From: Octopus bimaculoides
Lineage: Eukaryota
DNA: 64,000 nt
Assembly (NCBI RefSeq): GCF_001194135.2
Contig: NC_068982.1
Location: 111,991,098-112,055,097 of the forward strand
Direction of reading: 5' to 3'
Part shown: piece after piece, positions 26,877 to 39,500 of the stretch
Layout of the letters: every line of letters starts with the position of its first letter
Numbering within the stretch: position 1 is the first letter of the stretch
The notes under the pieces: model-generated
What the model was told of the DNA's origin: nothing
What the model saw: only the letters and a program-made list of their open reading frames with translations
Databases searched by the model: none
Made by a program: the position numbers and the translations under genes

Positions 26877-28517
26877 TACACACACATATATTTGTGTATG
26901 TATGTGTGTAAGAGTGTGTGTTTATACGAAGAAGTGTATATGCAAATGTATAATTATTAACCATCTTAATAGATATATTTGAGGATATAAAAGCAATATA
27001 ATCGGGAATGTAGGGTTCGAAACTATAATATACCCTGCTTGTTAAGTGATCTGCTCGTTTGAGGCCAACTGTATTATGCCTAAGCTACTTTCTTCGTCTG
27101 AAATTCCGAATGCAAGCAATAGACGTTAACAAATGAAGTTAAGAGAAGTTGCTTGAGAATTCCTTAGTTTGGCAAATGTTTCATCGACCGTAAAGAGAAC
27201 TAATACAATTACTAAAGAGAGTTCCATGAAGAATGCTTATTTAGTGAGATATGAGAATGAAAGCATTGCCAATCAATCTATTAGAGCGGAAGTCATTCTC
27301 GTGTTATGGTAGCTAATTACATCTAACTGTGTGTCTAATGTAGTGGATTGCAGGACATTTCTATATCATTGCAAACTCAGATATTTTAGAAGGATTCTAT
27401 GGTAACGATTTCGGAATTATTTCTAGGAATTTTTATGAAATATTAGAAGAAAGAATGATGAAAGTATAATCTTAATATTGATTAATCAGTAAAGAGCTTA
27501 GAGAATAATGTTTATTACTATCTTTAAAGTATGTTTTATCCTCTGAATTTTTATCATAATTGTTCACAGCGGGTGAGAAGAACTGGGAAATATTGGAGAG
27601 CGAGGAACGACATTTTTACAGCGTTTAGTTTATTCTTTTACAATGTGAAAATGCTGCTAAACTCAAGATTTACCTTTCAGTGACGAATGAAATAATTGTA
27701 GAAACTCCAGTAATACATTGGTGTCAAAGCAAATAAATACGCTCCTTCTCTTGAGAAAACTAACGCCATACGGGTGCATCTGCGTGAGTGCATGTACGTG
27801 TGTGAGTGCATGTGTGTATTTTGCCTGTGTCTTGTCAAAGGAAATCAATGGTATCGATTCACAAGAAGGTAACATGTTACGTCATATCTTTTTCGTGAAT
27901 GGTAATGGTGATGTGACACAATGAGGCAGACAGGTTGAATACACGTGTGTCGATAGTGATAATACACATTCGCTTGATTTACTGTGGACATTGACTCAAC
28001 GAAGGAATGTATCAAGAATTCTACCCAGTATAAAATCTTTTATGGTAGCAATGATACTTTAAACATGATATATGTAGAACTATTGACAAAAGGTAAGCCT
28101 AACAGTGTATAGATATTGATTTATTTGTCACAAGATTACATATTTAACAGAGAATGCAATGTGAGGCTCATGTCTTTATCAAGGGCATACGTGATCTGCC
28201 TTATGCATACTTACACAAAATGGAGTTAATTTCAAACAAGAATCAACAGTGATTTACAAACGCGATTCGTTTCAAACTTATCTATTCTTTACAGTATTTG
28301 TCACATGCCAATCTAGATACTGACAAAGGAAGGATCAGAATTTTGTATTGTCAATAATACAAGTACATACATAAATATATAAACATACGTACTCACATAC
28401 AAATATCATATAATATATTATATTCATATTCACGTATGTATATTAGTTATAATATAATATTAAATATATACGTATATGTGTATGTATGTGCATATGTATG
28501 CAGGTATATATGTATGC

Positions 28518-28577
<60 letters not shown>

Positions 28578-28684
28578 TTACTTATATAGATATGAATGCA
28601 CATATATATTCACAATCATGTATTTATATATGATTGAGTAGGTATAGGCGCTTGCGTATATGTTTACACACCACATACACACAG

Positions 28685-28720
<36 letters not shown>

Positions 28721-28723
28721 TTT

Positions 28724-28763
<40 letters not shown>

Positions 28764-29887
28764 TGTGTGTGTGTGTGTGAAAGGATATATTCACGTAGGT
28801 GTACACTTGCCTCCGTATGCGTGCGTGCTTGTGTACTTCTGCATATTCAAAACTACTAGAGTATTATGCAGTTCTTCTTATATTTTCTCTATTATTTATG
28901 TTTGGATGTGTTCACTAAAAAAAGCTAACTAATGCATACACGTCAAGTCATAACTAATGACTGTATTGCATGAACTTTACATCTAATACAAATATTGACT
29001 CTTTGGTAGATTAAAAGAAGGAAGGATTGTACGGCTCTGTGTGATAGCAAATAAACGGTGCCATAACGTATATCACTAAGCCACACACCCACTAACATCT
29101 ACAGTTAGTGAATGTATTTGCTGTGTATACATTACACAGAATTTAGTTCCTTTTTCTGTTTATTTCCACATGTAGCTGTGTTCATCCAAGATGAGCACAC
29201 ACCGGAAATAGAAACAGAATTAAATGCACATATTTACAGTGAATATATTTAATAGATGGTCAATTTTGATACAGAATCAATACATTTGAGGCATATCAGA
29301 TAAATGTTTATAAACAAGTAGATAATATTTAAGATTTGATAGCGCTATTTAAAAATGCCTGTAATTTGGGAGTGAGACAAGTAAACTAATGTTTTCCTCT
29401 TGATATGGGAGAGCCATAGATCGAACACATACGTCAGTCAAGAATATATATCAGATATTGTTGATAAGAGATGGAAGTAATTAATTATAAGACTGTAAGT
29501 TAAATGGATGGTGTTTAAAGGGATGTTAGATTCAGTTTATCCTTTTATTTAAATTACCTTCAATTTATCTTTGTATTTATCGGCAATTGAGTTTTGTCAT
29601 TTCTCTCACATTAGAAGAGAAAAAAGTAACCGAAATCCAAGTCGTCAGGAGATTCCCTACTCCCCTCTTTGTTACGTATATCGAAAGCAGAGAAGAAATT
29701 TATTTCCATTGTTATACTTCATTATTATAGATAAAGATTTCTAATGTTTAAATTCATTTCAGCAGATCTGATTCATACTGTGTTAAGCATGAAATGTATA
29801 ATAATTAACGATGAACCGTCTAAGGTACAAATATCCAAATTAACCTATCCTCCTCAGTAAAGCAGATTAATTCGTGAGAGCTTTATC

Positions 29888-29987
29888 CTGGATACTCAGT
29901 GCTGGATACTCAGTGCTGGATACTCAGTGCTGGATACTCAGTGCTGGATACTCAGTGCTGGATAATCAGTGCTGGATACTCAGTGCT
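29888..29987. repeat. 14-bp minisatellite (CTGGATACTCAGTG) x7
   Basis: Seven tandem units; only unit 6 differs (C->A). Confidence 0.97.
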
Positions 29988-30341
29988 ATCGACTGGGGGT
30001 GGGGAAGATTGGGTACGTTATGTTTGGGAAGTCAATAGTCAGGATATCTTTACACCCAGTTGTTTTTCTACACATCGAAAATATGGAAGGGATGTTTAGA
30101 TTGTTGTAGTTCACTCTCAAAGGTTTTCAGATATTTAAATATATTTCAGTAATTACGAGTTACACTACGTTGAGCATAACATATATACATGCAAATATAT
30201 ATATATAAGAATTAAGATATAAACACAAATTGGGCAATCATACTCATACATTCATAAATTCGACTTAAAATGCGAATACATATATTAATACATATCGACA
30301 CATATGAATATTAAAAAAAATATTCATAAAATATAAACATA

Positions 30342-31385
30342 TATATAAATATACATAAAAATACATGCAAATAAAACCCATGTTGGATACGTATGGAAGG
30401 GAGTGTGAGAAAAGGACAGATAAGATGAGGACTGTAAATTTTTTTTGTACTGAAGTTAAGAGCGGTTAAGAGGAATAATAGTAGAACAAATTTAGCAAAA
30501 AACTTGTAGCTGTAGAGTACTTGAATCATGTTCATTTGCCGGTTCATGTCTTAGGAAAAATGTGGTGTATAGTGCATAGTAAAAATAGATAACCAAAAAA
30601 CTAAGGTATATATAGGAAGCACTGTTGGTTTTAAGAGGAGATATAGAGGCCACTTAAATTCCTTTATTAAAGTTAAGTATAAAAACTCAACAACTCTCGC
30701 CTCATATGTACACCATCTAAGAGATAGCAGCACTGATGATTATTCAGCTTATGTATAAGGGAATGGTATATCATCCTTAGATCATATATAGTTTAAATAC
30801 ATTAAATAAATTCTCTGATGCGATTCCCTCAAATAGTCCTAAATTCCATTCCACTTTCTTGAAAAACTATAGAACCAAACATATTGAAGGACTTGGAAGA
30901 GTGCCTACAACTTGAAACCTTTTAGCTCTTAGTACAGTGAAAATTTCATTGTCCTGTGTTTAGTCAGAATTAAGTCTCAATAGGTTAATGTACTTGTCCC
31001 ACCATTCCATGCTCTCCACTCATTTGCATACGTAGGGGGAAAATCTGTTTTTATATGTATCCATCATTCTGTAAGAGTCAAAAGTGTCAAGAATGTAATT
31101 TTATGAGGATACCTTTCCTTTGTAAGATTTATTAATTTTTTCCACCAGAACATGAGCTCTAGAAACGGCCGTTGAAAGTGAACCTCCTCGAACTGTATTA
31201 TATACCTTATATACCATTTATATTTAAAAAAAACACACCGAAGTCTATGGATCTTTTAATCGAAACTCTTAACCGCTCTTAACTTCAGTTAAAAAAAAAA
31301 AATTCAGTACCCTTTTTCTCACACTTCCTTCCACACGTATGCCACATGAGTTGTATTTACATGTATTTTTATGCATATTTATATA
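30342..31385. repeat. Long inverted repeat (120-130-bp arms) around a unique 0.8-kb core
   Basis: 30342-30472 is the diverged reverse complement of 31266-31385; the shared block includes CTGAAGTTAAGAGCGGTTAAGAG. Confidence 0.85.
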
Positions 31386-31492
31386 CTCTTTTACTCTTTT
31401 ACTTGTTTCAATCATTTGACTGCGGCCATGCTGGAGCACCACCTTTAGTTGAGCAAATCGACCTCAAGACTTATTCTTTGTAAGCCTAGTAC
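31384..31492 (-). mobile_element. SINE 3' tail, same family as 10297-10639, cut by a gap
   Basis: TACTCTTTTACTCTTTTACTTGTTTCAATCATTTGACTGCGGCCATGCTGGAGCACC matches 10297 onward. Confidence 0.85.
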
Positions 31493-34376
31493 NNNNNNNN
31501 NNNNNNNNNNNNNNNNNNNNNNNNNNNNNNNNNNNNNNNNNNNNNNNNNNNNNNNNNNNNNNNNNNNNNNNNNNNNNNNNNNNNNNNNNNNNNNNNNNNN
31601 NNNNNNNNNNNNNNNNNNNNNNNNNNNNNNNNNNNNNNNNNNNNNNNNNNNNNNNNNNNNNNNNNNNNNNNNNNNNNNNNNNNNNNNNNNNNNNNNNNNN
31701 NNNNNNNNNNNNNNNNNNNNNNNNNNNNNNNNNNNNNNNNNNNNNNNNNNNNNNNNNNNNNNNNNNNNNNNNNNNNNNNNNNNNNNNNNNNNNNNNNNNN
31801 NNNNNNNNNNNNNNNNNNNNNNNNNNNNNNNNNNNNNNNNNNNNNNNNNNNNNNNNNNNNNNNNNNNNNNNNNNNNNNNNNNNNNNNNNNNNNNNNNNNN
31901 NNNNNNNNNNNNNNNNNNNNNNNNNNNNNNNNNNNNNNNNNNNNNNNNNNNNNNNNNNNNNNNNNNNNNNNNNNNNNNNNNNNNNNNNNNNNNNNNNNNN
32001 NNNNNNNNNNNNNNNNNNNNNNNNNNNNNNNNNNNNNNNNNNNNNNNNNNNNNNNNNNNNNNNNNNNNNNNNNNNNNNNNNNNNNNNNNNNNNNNNNNNN
32101 NNNNNNNNNNNNNNNNNNNNNNNNNNNNNNNNNNNNNNNNNNNNNNNNNNNNNNNNNNNNNNNNNNNNNNNNNNNNNNNNNNNNNNNNNNNNNNNNNNNN
32201 NNNNNNNNNNNNNNNNNNNNNNNNNNNNNNNNNNNNNNNNNNNNNNNNNNNNNNNNNNNNNNNNNNNNNNNNNNNNNNNNNNNNNNNNNNNNNNNNNNNN
32301 NNNNNNNNNNNNNNNNNNNNNNNNNNNNNNNNNNNNNNNNNNNNNNNNNNNNNNNNNNNNNNNNNNNNNNNNNNNTATATATATATATATATATATATAT
32401 AATACATTACTTTCATATATCTATATGTGTGAATGTGTATATTTGCATACAATCATTCATTCATACATACATGTATGTATAAACATTCCAACGCACATAT
32501 ACACTAACATGTACCTATGTAAACAAGCATGTATGCATGTACACATGCATGTTTACAGTGACACGATATGGTATGTACGCAGTATAACTTCACACACAAT
32601 GATATAAATACCAAAATAGCTATGTACTAACTGTGACAAAATGTCAGGAAAAAGATAGATTAACTGACAGGCAGGCAGTCAGCCAGGTAGAGAGCTAGAT
32701 TACTGCATTGATGGATAGAAGGAGGGTTAAATAACTAGGGAAATAGAGGGATAGGGAGGAGAAATATATAGAAGAAAGAAGTAACAGAAACGTGTAAGAT
32801 CGAAATGTCTGAAGGTATATAGCATGAAAGAAAAAAGAAAAGAGCTATACATGAATAACAAAACGGAAAGGAAAAAATAAAAGTTGCCAAAAAATATATT
32901 AAAAGGTATTAATAAGAATACTAAAGAGAATAGGTAGAAAAAAAAAGGAGAGTAAGACAATACTTTGAGATGTTGCTGGAATTATTGACATGTATATGTG
33001 ATCAAACTTCTTACATACGTGCGCGCGCACTCAAGCTTACACCATATATATACATTATTGTTCTTTAATATATATATATACGTAATATATATAGAGAGTA
33101 CGTAATATTAGACTGAGACCGGGATAAGCTCGCCTCTTTTCATCTCTTTTCATGATTTTGGCTGCTTGTGTGTGTATATGTATGTATACATATATATATA
33201 TATATATATATACGCATATATACATGTATATATATGCATATATATATATATATNNNNNNNNNNNNNNNNNNNNNNNNNNNNNNNNNNNNNNNNNNNNNNN
33301 NNNNNNNNNNNNNNNNNNNNNNNNNNNNNNNNNNNNNNNNNNNNNNNNNNNNNNNNNNNNNNNNNNNNNNNNNNNNNNNNNNNNNNNNNNNNNNNNNNNN
33401 NNNNNNNNNNNNNNNNNNNNNNNNNNNNNNNNNNNNNNNNNNNNNNNNNNNNNNNNNNNNNNNNNNNNNNNNNNNNNNNNNNNNNNNNNNNNNNNNNNNN
33501 NNNNNNNNNNNNNNNNNNNNNNNNNNNNNNNNNNNNNNNNNNNNNNNNNNNNNNNNNNNNNNNNNNTGTGCGCTATGTCAAATCATTATGGAAATGATAG
33601 GTTCACAGACCCTAATACATGAATATTTTATAAATATATACAAATTTAAATATGGACCTGTTAATGAATAATTTTCTAATTTCAATGTTATTTGAACCCC
33701 CCAGTTTCAAACGTACGATAAGGAATTTAACTGAGGACGTTGAACAAATATATAGTGCTTATAATTTGTTTTCTGAGGAAGATAACTAAGAAAGAGAGAG
33801 AGAGAGACAGAAACGGAGTGGGAGTGAAGAATCATGACTTTGTGTGTGTGTGTGCGTGTGTGTGTGTGTGTGTGCATGTGTGTGCGTGATATGCGTATGA
33901 GGCAGTGTGAGGAGAAAACGGTGCTGATGAAAGAGAAAAACGTGGCAGAAACAGTAAAATAAGACAAAAACGAAACGGAAGGAAAAATAACGTTTCTGTA
34001 CCTTACGTAAAATTGCTATTTACGACCACTCCATTACAACTATCAGCCTTTCAGTGTCTTTTTGTTGCATTTCCTCTGGTTCACCTCAGAATAGTACGGT
34101 TATGGTATTTCTTTCTATATGTTTTATTTCATTATCTTGAGATAATTTCAAGGAATGGCAAGATTATTTCATGGCAGTATCGATATGAAGACACTTGCAC
34201 GCACACACACACACACACACATCTATCTATCGATGTCTTTCTGCATCTCTCTCTCATATATATATGTGTATATATATGTGTATATATATGTGTGCGTGTG
34301 TGTGAGTGTATATATGTTTATATATATATAAGTATGTATATATATGTATATATATGTATGTATATATATAGGTATG

Positions 34377-34407
<31 letters not shown>

Positions 34408-34440
34408 GTATATATAGACATACACACACATGCACACGTA

Positions 34441-34492
<52 letters not shown>

Positions 34493-35450
34493 AATATAGA
34501 TGACTATTATTTGCAAGTTAGTGAAAATAGTACTGAGTACAATTAAGCGAGTACTGAGCACTCCTGGTGGGATTTGATTGGCTTGTTGATGTTGATGTTT
34601 TTACACCGGACACCCATAGCTGAGCCGTCCTGTGATTCAAAGCCTCCCCATCCTAATATTCCAACCACTTTTGAAACAATAGAATGTTATGTAATGGTAA
34701 TTTTGCTGCTAAATCTAGAAGGTCTAATGACCGCATAATAGTTCAAGCAGAGATGTTAATAACTTAGGCGTATGTTTGATTGTGTAAACCTTATTTTGAA
34801 AAGTATTCGAGCCATGAATGTTTCGACTTTTCAGGCGTAATTTTACTTTGAATACATAACTCATTGCATGTTTTCTTCTCGAAGACCTTACATTGTGACT
34901 TGACCGGTTTTGGCTGCTATTTCCAGCACACCTTAAGATGACATGACGATCCTTTTCTCGTCTACGTGGCTCAGTAGAATTTGCTAATGGGTATACATGA
35001 GAAAGAATTATGTGTGCCTGTGCCTCCGAGCACATATGATTAATGTACGTGGAGTAGCTAAATCGATACAGTGCCGTAGAAAACACTGTGGTATATAAGT
35101 TACGTCATTACATTCAGACCTCACTGACATGAATCTTGTCCTTTCGAGGTCGATAAAATACACAAATGTTATGAATTATGACCGATATACTTGACTATTC
35201 CATTCCACATGATCTATATTCACGGAGAAACAAAATTAAAAAAATTAATTTGTCTGAATATATTATTGCTAATTTGCGTATTTCTATATCCCATCTCGTG
35301 ATGTGCCTACATCTAGTTTTATATATATATTATATGTATGTATGCATGTGTGCGTGTGTGTGTAGTTCAAATTTACGGAAAACAAAAGAAAACAGGTGAA
35401 GGAACAACTAGAAGGTGTATTTGTTTGACGCTGGGGAATAATGGAACAAT

Positions 35451-35486
35451 CTTTGACGTTTCGAGCCTACGCTCTTCGACAGACAG
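35451..35486 (-). ncRNA. Minimal hammerhead-like motif (variant or decayed core) in a different repeat
   Basis: Minus strand CUGU-CUGUCGA-A-GAGC-(GUAG)-GCUC-GAAAC-GUC-AAAG. Perfect 4-bp stem II, GAAAC-GUC, stem I CUGU/AAAG with one mismatch; core position 6 is U instead of A. Confidence 0.6.
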
Positions 35487-36176
35487 GATTGAGAAGAAAA
35501 TGGGGCGAGAACGAAAACACATACATATATGAAGACTGGTGCATTAGTTCGTATCCTTATAATTCCAACAAACATGTCCAAACCTATACATATGTGTATG
35601 TATGTATGCGTGGGTGTGTATATATATATGTGTTCTCCTCATGTATAATAACAATAATAATTGATTCATTTGTATGCATGTATGGACATTTGTGTATGCA
35701 CATTTAAATGTACATATATGTATTTTTGTATTTATGTTTATTTATGTATATCTATGTATATGCTAAAGTATGCATATATATGTGGGTTTTTACGGATTTT
35801 ATATTTTTATATTTCTATATTTTTAACTTAACCTTATGAACTCTATAAAATCTCTGAAGAGGCCTAGAGAATCATCCATGTACCTCTATTTCATCTATCA
35901 GTTACTTCAGTCTACTGCAGTGATAAAGATAGAATGAGGCATGTCACCTCTAGGCTGAAACAGCTGCAAGTATCTATCACATTTTCTGTCACTATATGTC
36001 ATTTTTTAATTATTGATATGACATAATATGTCACATGTGTTTCTATATTGTTACATTGTCCTTTTAGTAAAAAAATAAACAAGTAAATTGACACAATACA
36101 ATGTCTGCATGCTGATGAATACCACTTATTCCCTTCCAATTTCTTATTGCTATATATATAATATATATTATCTGTC

Positions 36177-36263
36177 ACTTGTTTTAGTCCTTAGACTGGC
36201 GGCCATGCTCGGGCACCAACTTGAAGTACTTTAGTCGAATGAATTGACCCCAGTACTTATTTT
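36177..36263 (-). mobile_element. Diverged SINE tail related to the 10297 family
   Basis: ACTTGTTTTAGTC...GCGGCCATGCTCGGGCACC...TTTAGTCGA...TTGACCCCAGTACTTATT shares motifs with the two copies above. Confidence 0.65.
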
Positions 36264-36333
36264 TGTCAGTCTCTGTGTCTTTCTCCCAGTCTCTTACTCT
36301 GTTTCTCTCTCTCTCTATGCATGTATGTTTGTT

Positions 36334-36372
<39 letters not shown>

Positions 36373-36412
36373 NNNNNNNNNNATGCGAGTATGTGTGTTT
36401 GTATCCATCCAT

Positions 36413-36449
<37 letters not shown>

Positions 36450-36460
36450 CATTAATCAGA

Positions 36461-36496
<36 letters not shown>

Positions 36497-36541
36497 AAGA
36501 TACTGGCCTAAAAATACAAACTCATATATTGCATCGTGGGG

Positions 36542-36585
36542 CATAAATTTGATCATCTGTTTCCATAAATTTGATCATCTGTTTC
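36542..36585. repeat. 22-bp perfect tandem duplication
   Basis: CATAAATTTGATCATCTGTTTC x2, followed by a partial third copy. Confidence 0.9.
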
Positions 36586-39500
36586 CTAAATTTGCTGCTG
36601 TGTTGCAAATATTAAATAAAATGTTCCATTCGTATAAGTTTTGATATATTTCACGTACAATGCGTTAAATATGATCTTACATCTTTTGATAACATTTATA
36701 TTTCCTCTCACTGTTAATTTTTTTTCTCTTTTTATGATTCAGTATCTTTGCAGAACCGTTAGAATGTCGGACTAAAGGATTTCTATTATTTAAATACTTT
36801 CTTATAAGTTCAGATTTTGTATCCTACCGATGTCGACATTCTCTTTTACAGTTCCGATGATCGATAAAATAAAGTGCAAGTCAAATCACCAAGATTGATT
36901 TAATTGACTGTTCATCTTTCCCTAATTAAAGATTAAGGCTTTGTGATTGTATCAAAGTCGATAATTTACAGCTGCATGAAGACTATATATAACAGTTGGT
37001 ACGAGATAACAAATGTTGTTGTATCTAATTTGACTCGATGAAAAGTCTTTTTATTAACCCCTAATCGGGAATGGGATTAGGGAATGTACTTAATCCTAGT
37101 TTCAGAGACACAACTTTACTGAGTGGAACGTCCTCTTTTGTTTAATAAAATCAGGCATGTAGAATAGTGTTGTTCTTGTAGCTGTTAATAATGGTGTTAA
37201 TGTTGTTAGCCTCAAGTTATTCAACGCCATCTTTGAACTACAAAGTATATATAATAAATTAATCATTAAACTACAACATATTGATTTTTTATATAGGTAC
37301 AAAGTCACAAACGTTGAAAGAAGTGTAATAATATGTAGGTGGTCAAATCAGCCTTAGTGGTTGACTGATATTTAAGTCTATCGACCCTGAAACATGGGAG
37401 TTAAAATTGACCTTAGCAGCATTTGAACTTCGGACGCAAGAAGAGATATATCATAAAATCAATGCAAGAGCATTAATCATTAAACTGAGCATCGATATTG
37501 TATATTAATTATCGTACAAAACCATCCAAGGAATCCATTCTGTCCAGACAGACATTAAAATACATATACACAAACAAAAAATATAAGTTTATTTGCCTGA
37601 AACTGTTTATCGAGTATGATCTTACATTAGATAGAGGCATAGGATATCCGGAGCTATTTACGATCGATTGAACTTAATTGTTCGGATGATTACCTGCAGA
37701 CCATAGGTATGTTGAATCAATGCTGATTTGTCATACAGAAAAAGGCTGGACAGTAAAAACAGAAAAACTTGCTAAAACTGCTATACATTGTTTAAGAAGT
37801 ATTGTTCGAATGTTAAGAGGCAAAACCATGATGTTTTTCAGGATCTGTGAAACTGGAAGATGGAAGAGAAGATGTTATCATCAGGCTGGATAACCTGGAC
37901 CAACCTTTTGCAACAAAGTAGACTCTGCTAACAACGTCCAAAGAATAGCTGGTGGTGTAAAACCGGGTGATAGATTAAGTCTGCCACTGAAGAACAGAAT
38001 TGTTTTTGCCGACGGGAGTCTACGCCGCTTCCATCAATATTATGTCAGTCACATAGCTTCTATTGAACCTTTACTGCAAACTATATTATTTACTCAAAGC
38101 ACCACGTGGTGGGTTCGAATTTACCTAGTTTCAAATCTGTCATCAATTAGCCGTACATATGGTTTATCTAATCAATAAATCTGTAGATTACCCCTGTTAA
38201 TTCCCTACGTGCCAAGGCTTAAACAGTCATAGCTGGTTTGCAGTTACACGAGAACAAGAATAAACATTAATAAGTTCAAGTCACTTTAATATATTTCAAC
38301 GACTCTTATAAAAATATGCTTAGAGTTAGATGAAGAAATCATTCATTGGAATGTGTTTGTAATACGCCTTCACGTTGTTGACGATCCTGTTAGATCTCTA
38401 TTATCTTTGAAAATTTCCCAAACCTCCTTGGATTTATTTATTCCACTGAATATTCTAAACTTCATACAATATCAGAATTATCATAATTATTAAAATAAAA
38501 AATGGTGTTAGAAAGAAAAAAAACATCATTTCAGTTGTCTGTCACAACTACCTTATCTCAACTCTGCAAAGTAAATTCCATAATCATGCTTTGTTAGTTA
38601 TATATCTCTGGTGACTAGGGTCATTCGATCCGAGGATCAGTTTTACTTTTGCTTCACTAATCCCGAGTAGCTTGTATCAGTAATGCACATTGTTCAAGCG
38701 ACGATACATCCACTCATCTTGTAACATGTCGGCATTGATCCTCATGAAATGAAATAATTCCTATTAGCTGATTTAAAAATAAGATCTGTATTGAGAATGG
38801 CTAAAGTAATTTCTTACTATTGCCAAAGGTTTAACTCGTTGATTAGGATCCGTTTACTCAGTGAAACTCATCCACAACGCATCTCTGTGTGCGAATAAAA
38901 ATATAATTTCCTATATCTTTGTGTATTTAATGTATATCTAACAATTTGATTCCTAAGAGCGCACATCTTAATAGGTTTATCGATTTAAAATTAATCTGTT
39001 TCCATATAGATAAATTAATGATGGTCATATGGAAAGCAATTTATTTGTTTTTTACGATGAATTCATTGTAAAGTTTACGGCATGAATACCTCATCTCATT
39101 CTTTAAGAACGAGAAAATCGAAATATTTTAGATAAAGGCTTCATTTGAAATGTACTTCTGTGATGTTAATGTTAGAGTATGGAGTAATTAAATATTACTG
39201 AATGGCTGAGTTAATTTAATGTTGGGGGCAATCTAATATTGCTCCGAGTCTTAGGCAATTGTATGTAGTTGGTTGATTAAGGATTCTGGTGCCTACTTGA
39301 CACTTGAGGTGATTTAATGTTGCTAGGAGACCCACGTAATTAAACGTTGCTGGATATAGTAGAATTGATATTTAATGTTCTCACTTGCACGACGTAATGA
39401 TTTCTTTCATTGGCCACAAGGGCTGATGCTGTCGAGATAATGAAACTTTGCTGTATTGTTAGCGATCAGTTCATAAAAGTTGGCAACTATGATGGTCAAA

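Noticed and set aside
29888-29987. CRISPR-like array
   Set aside because: Units are contiguous with no spacers, and the context is eukaryotic.
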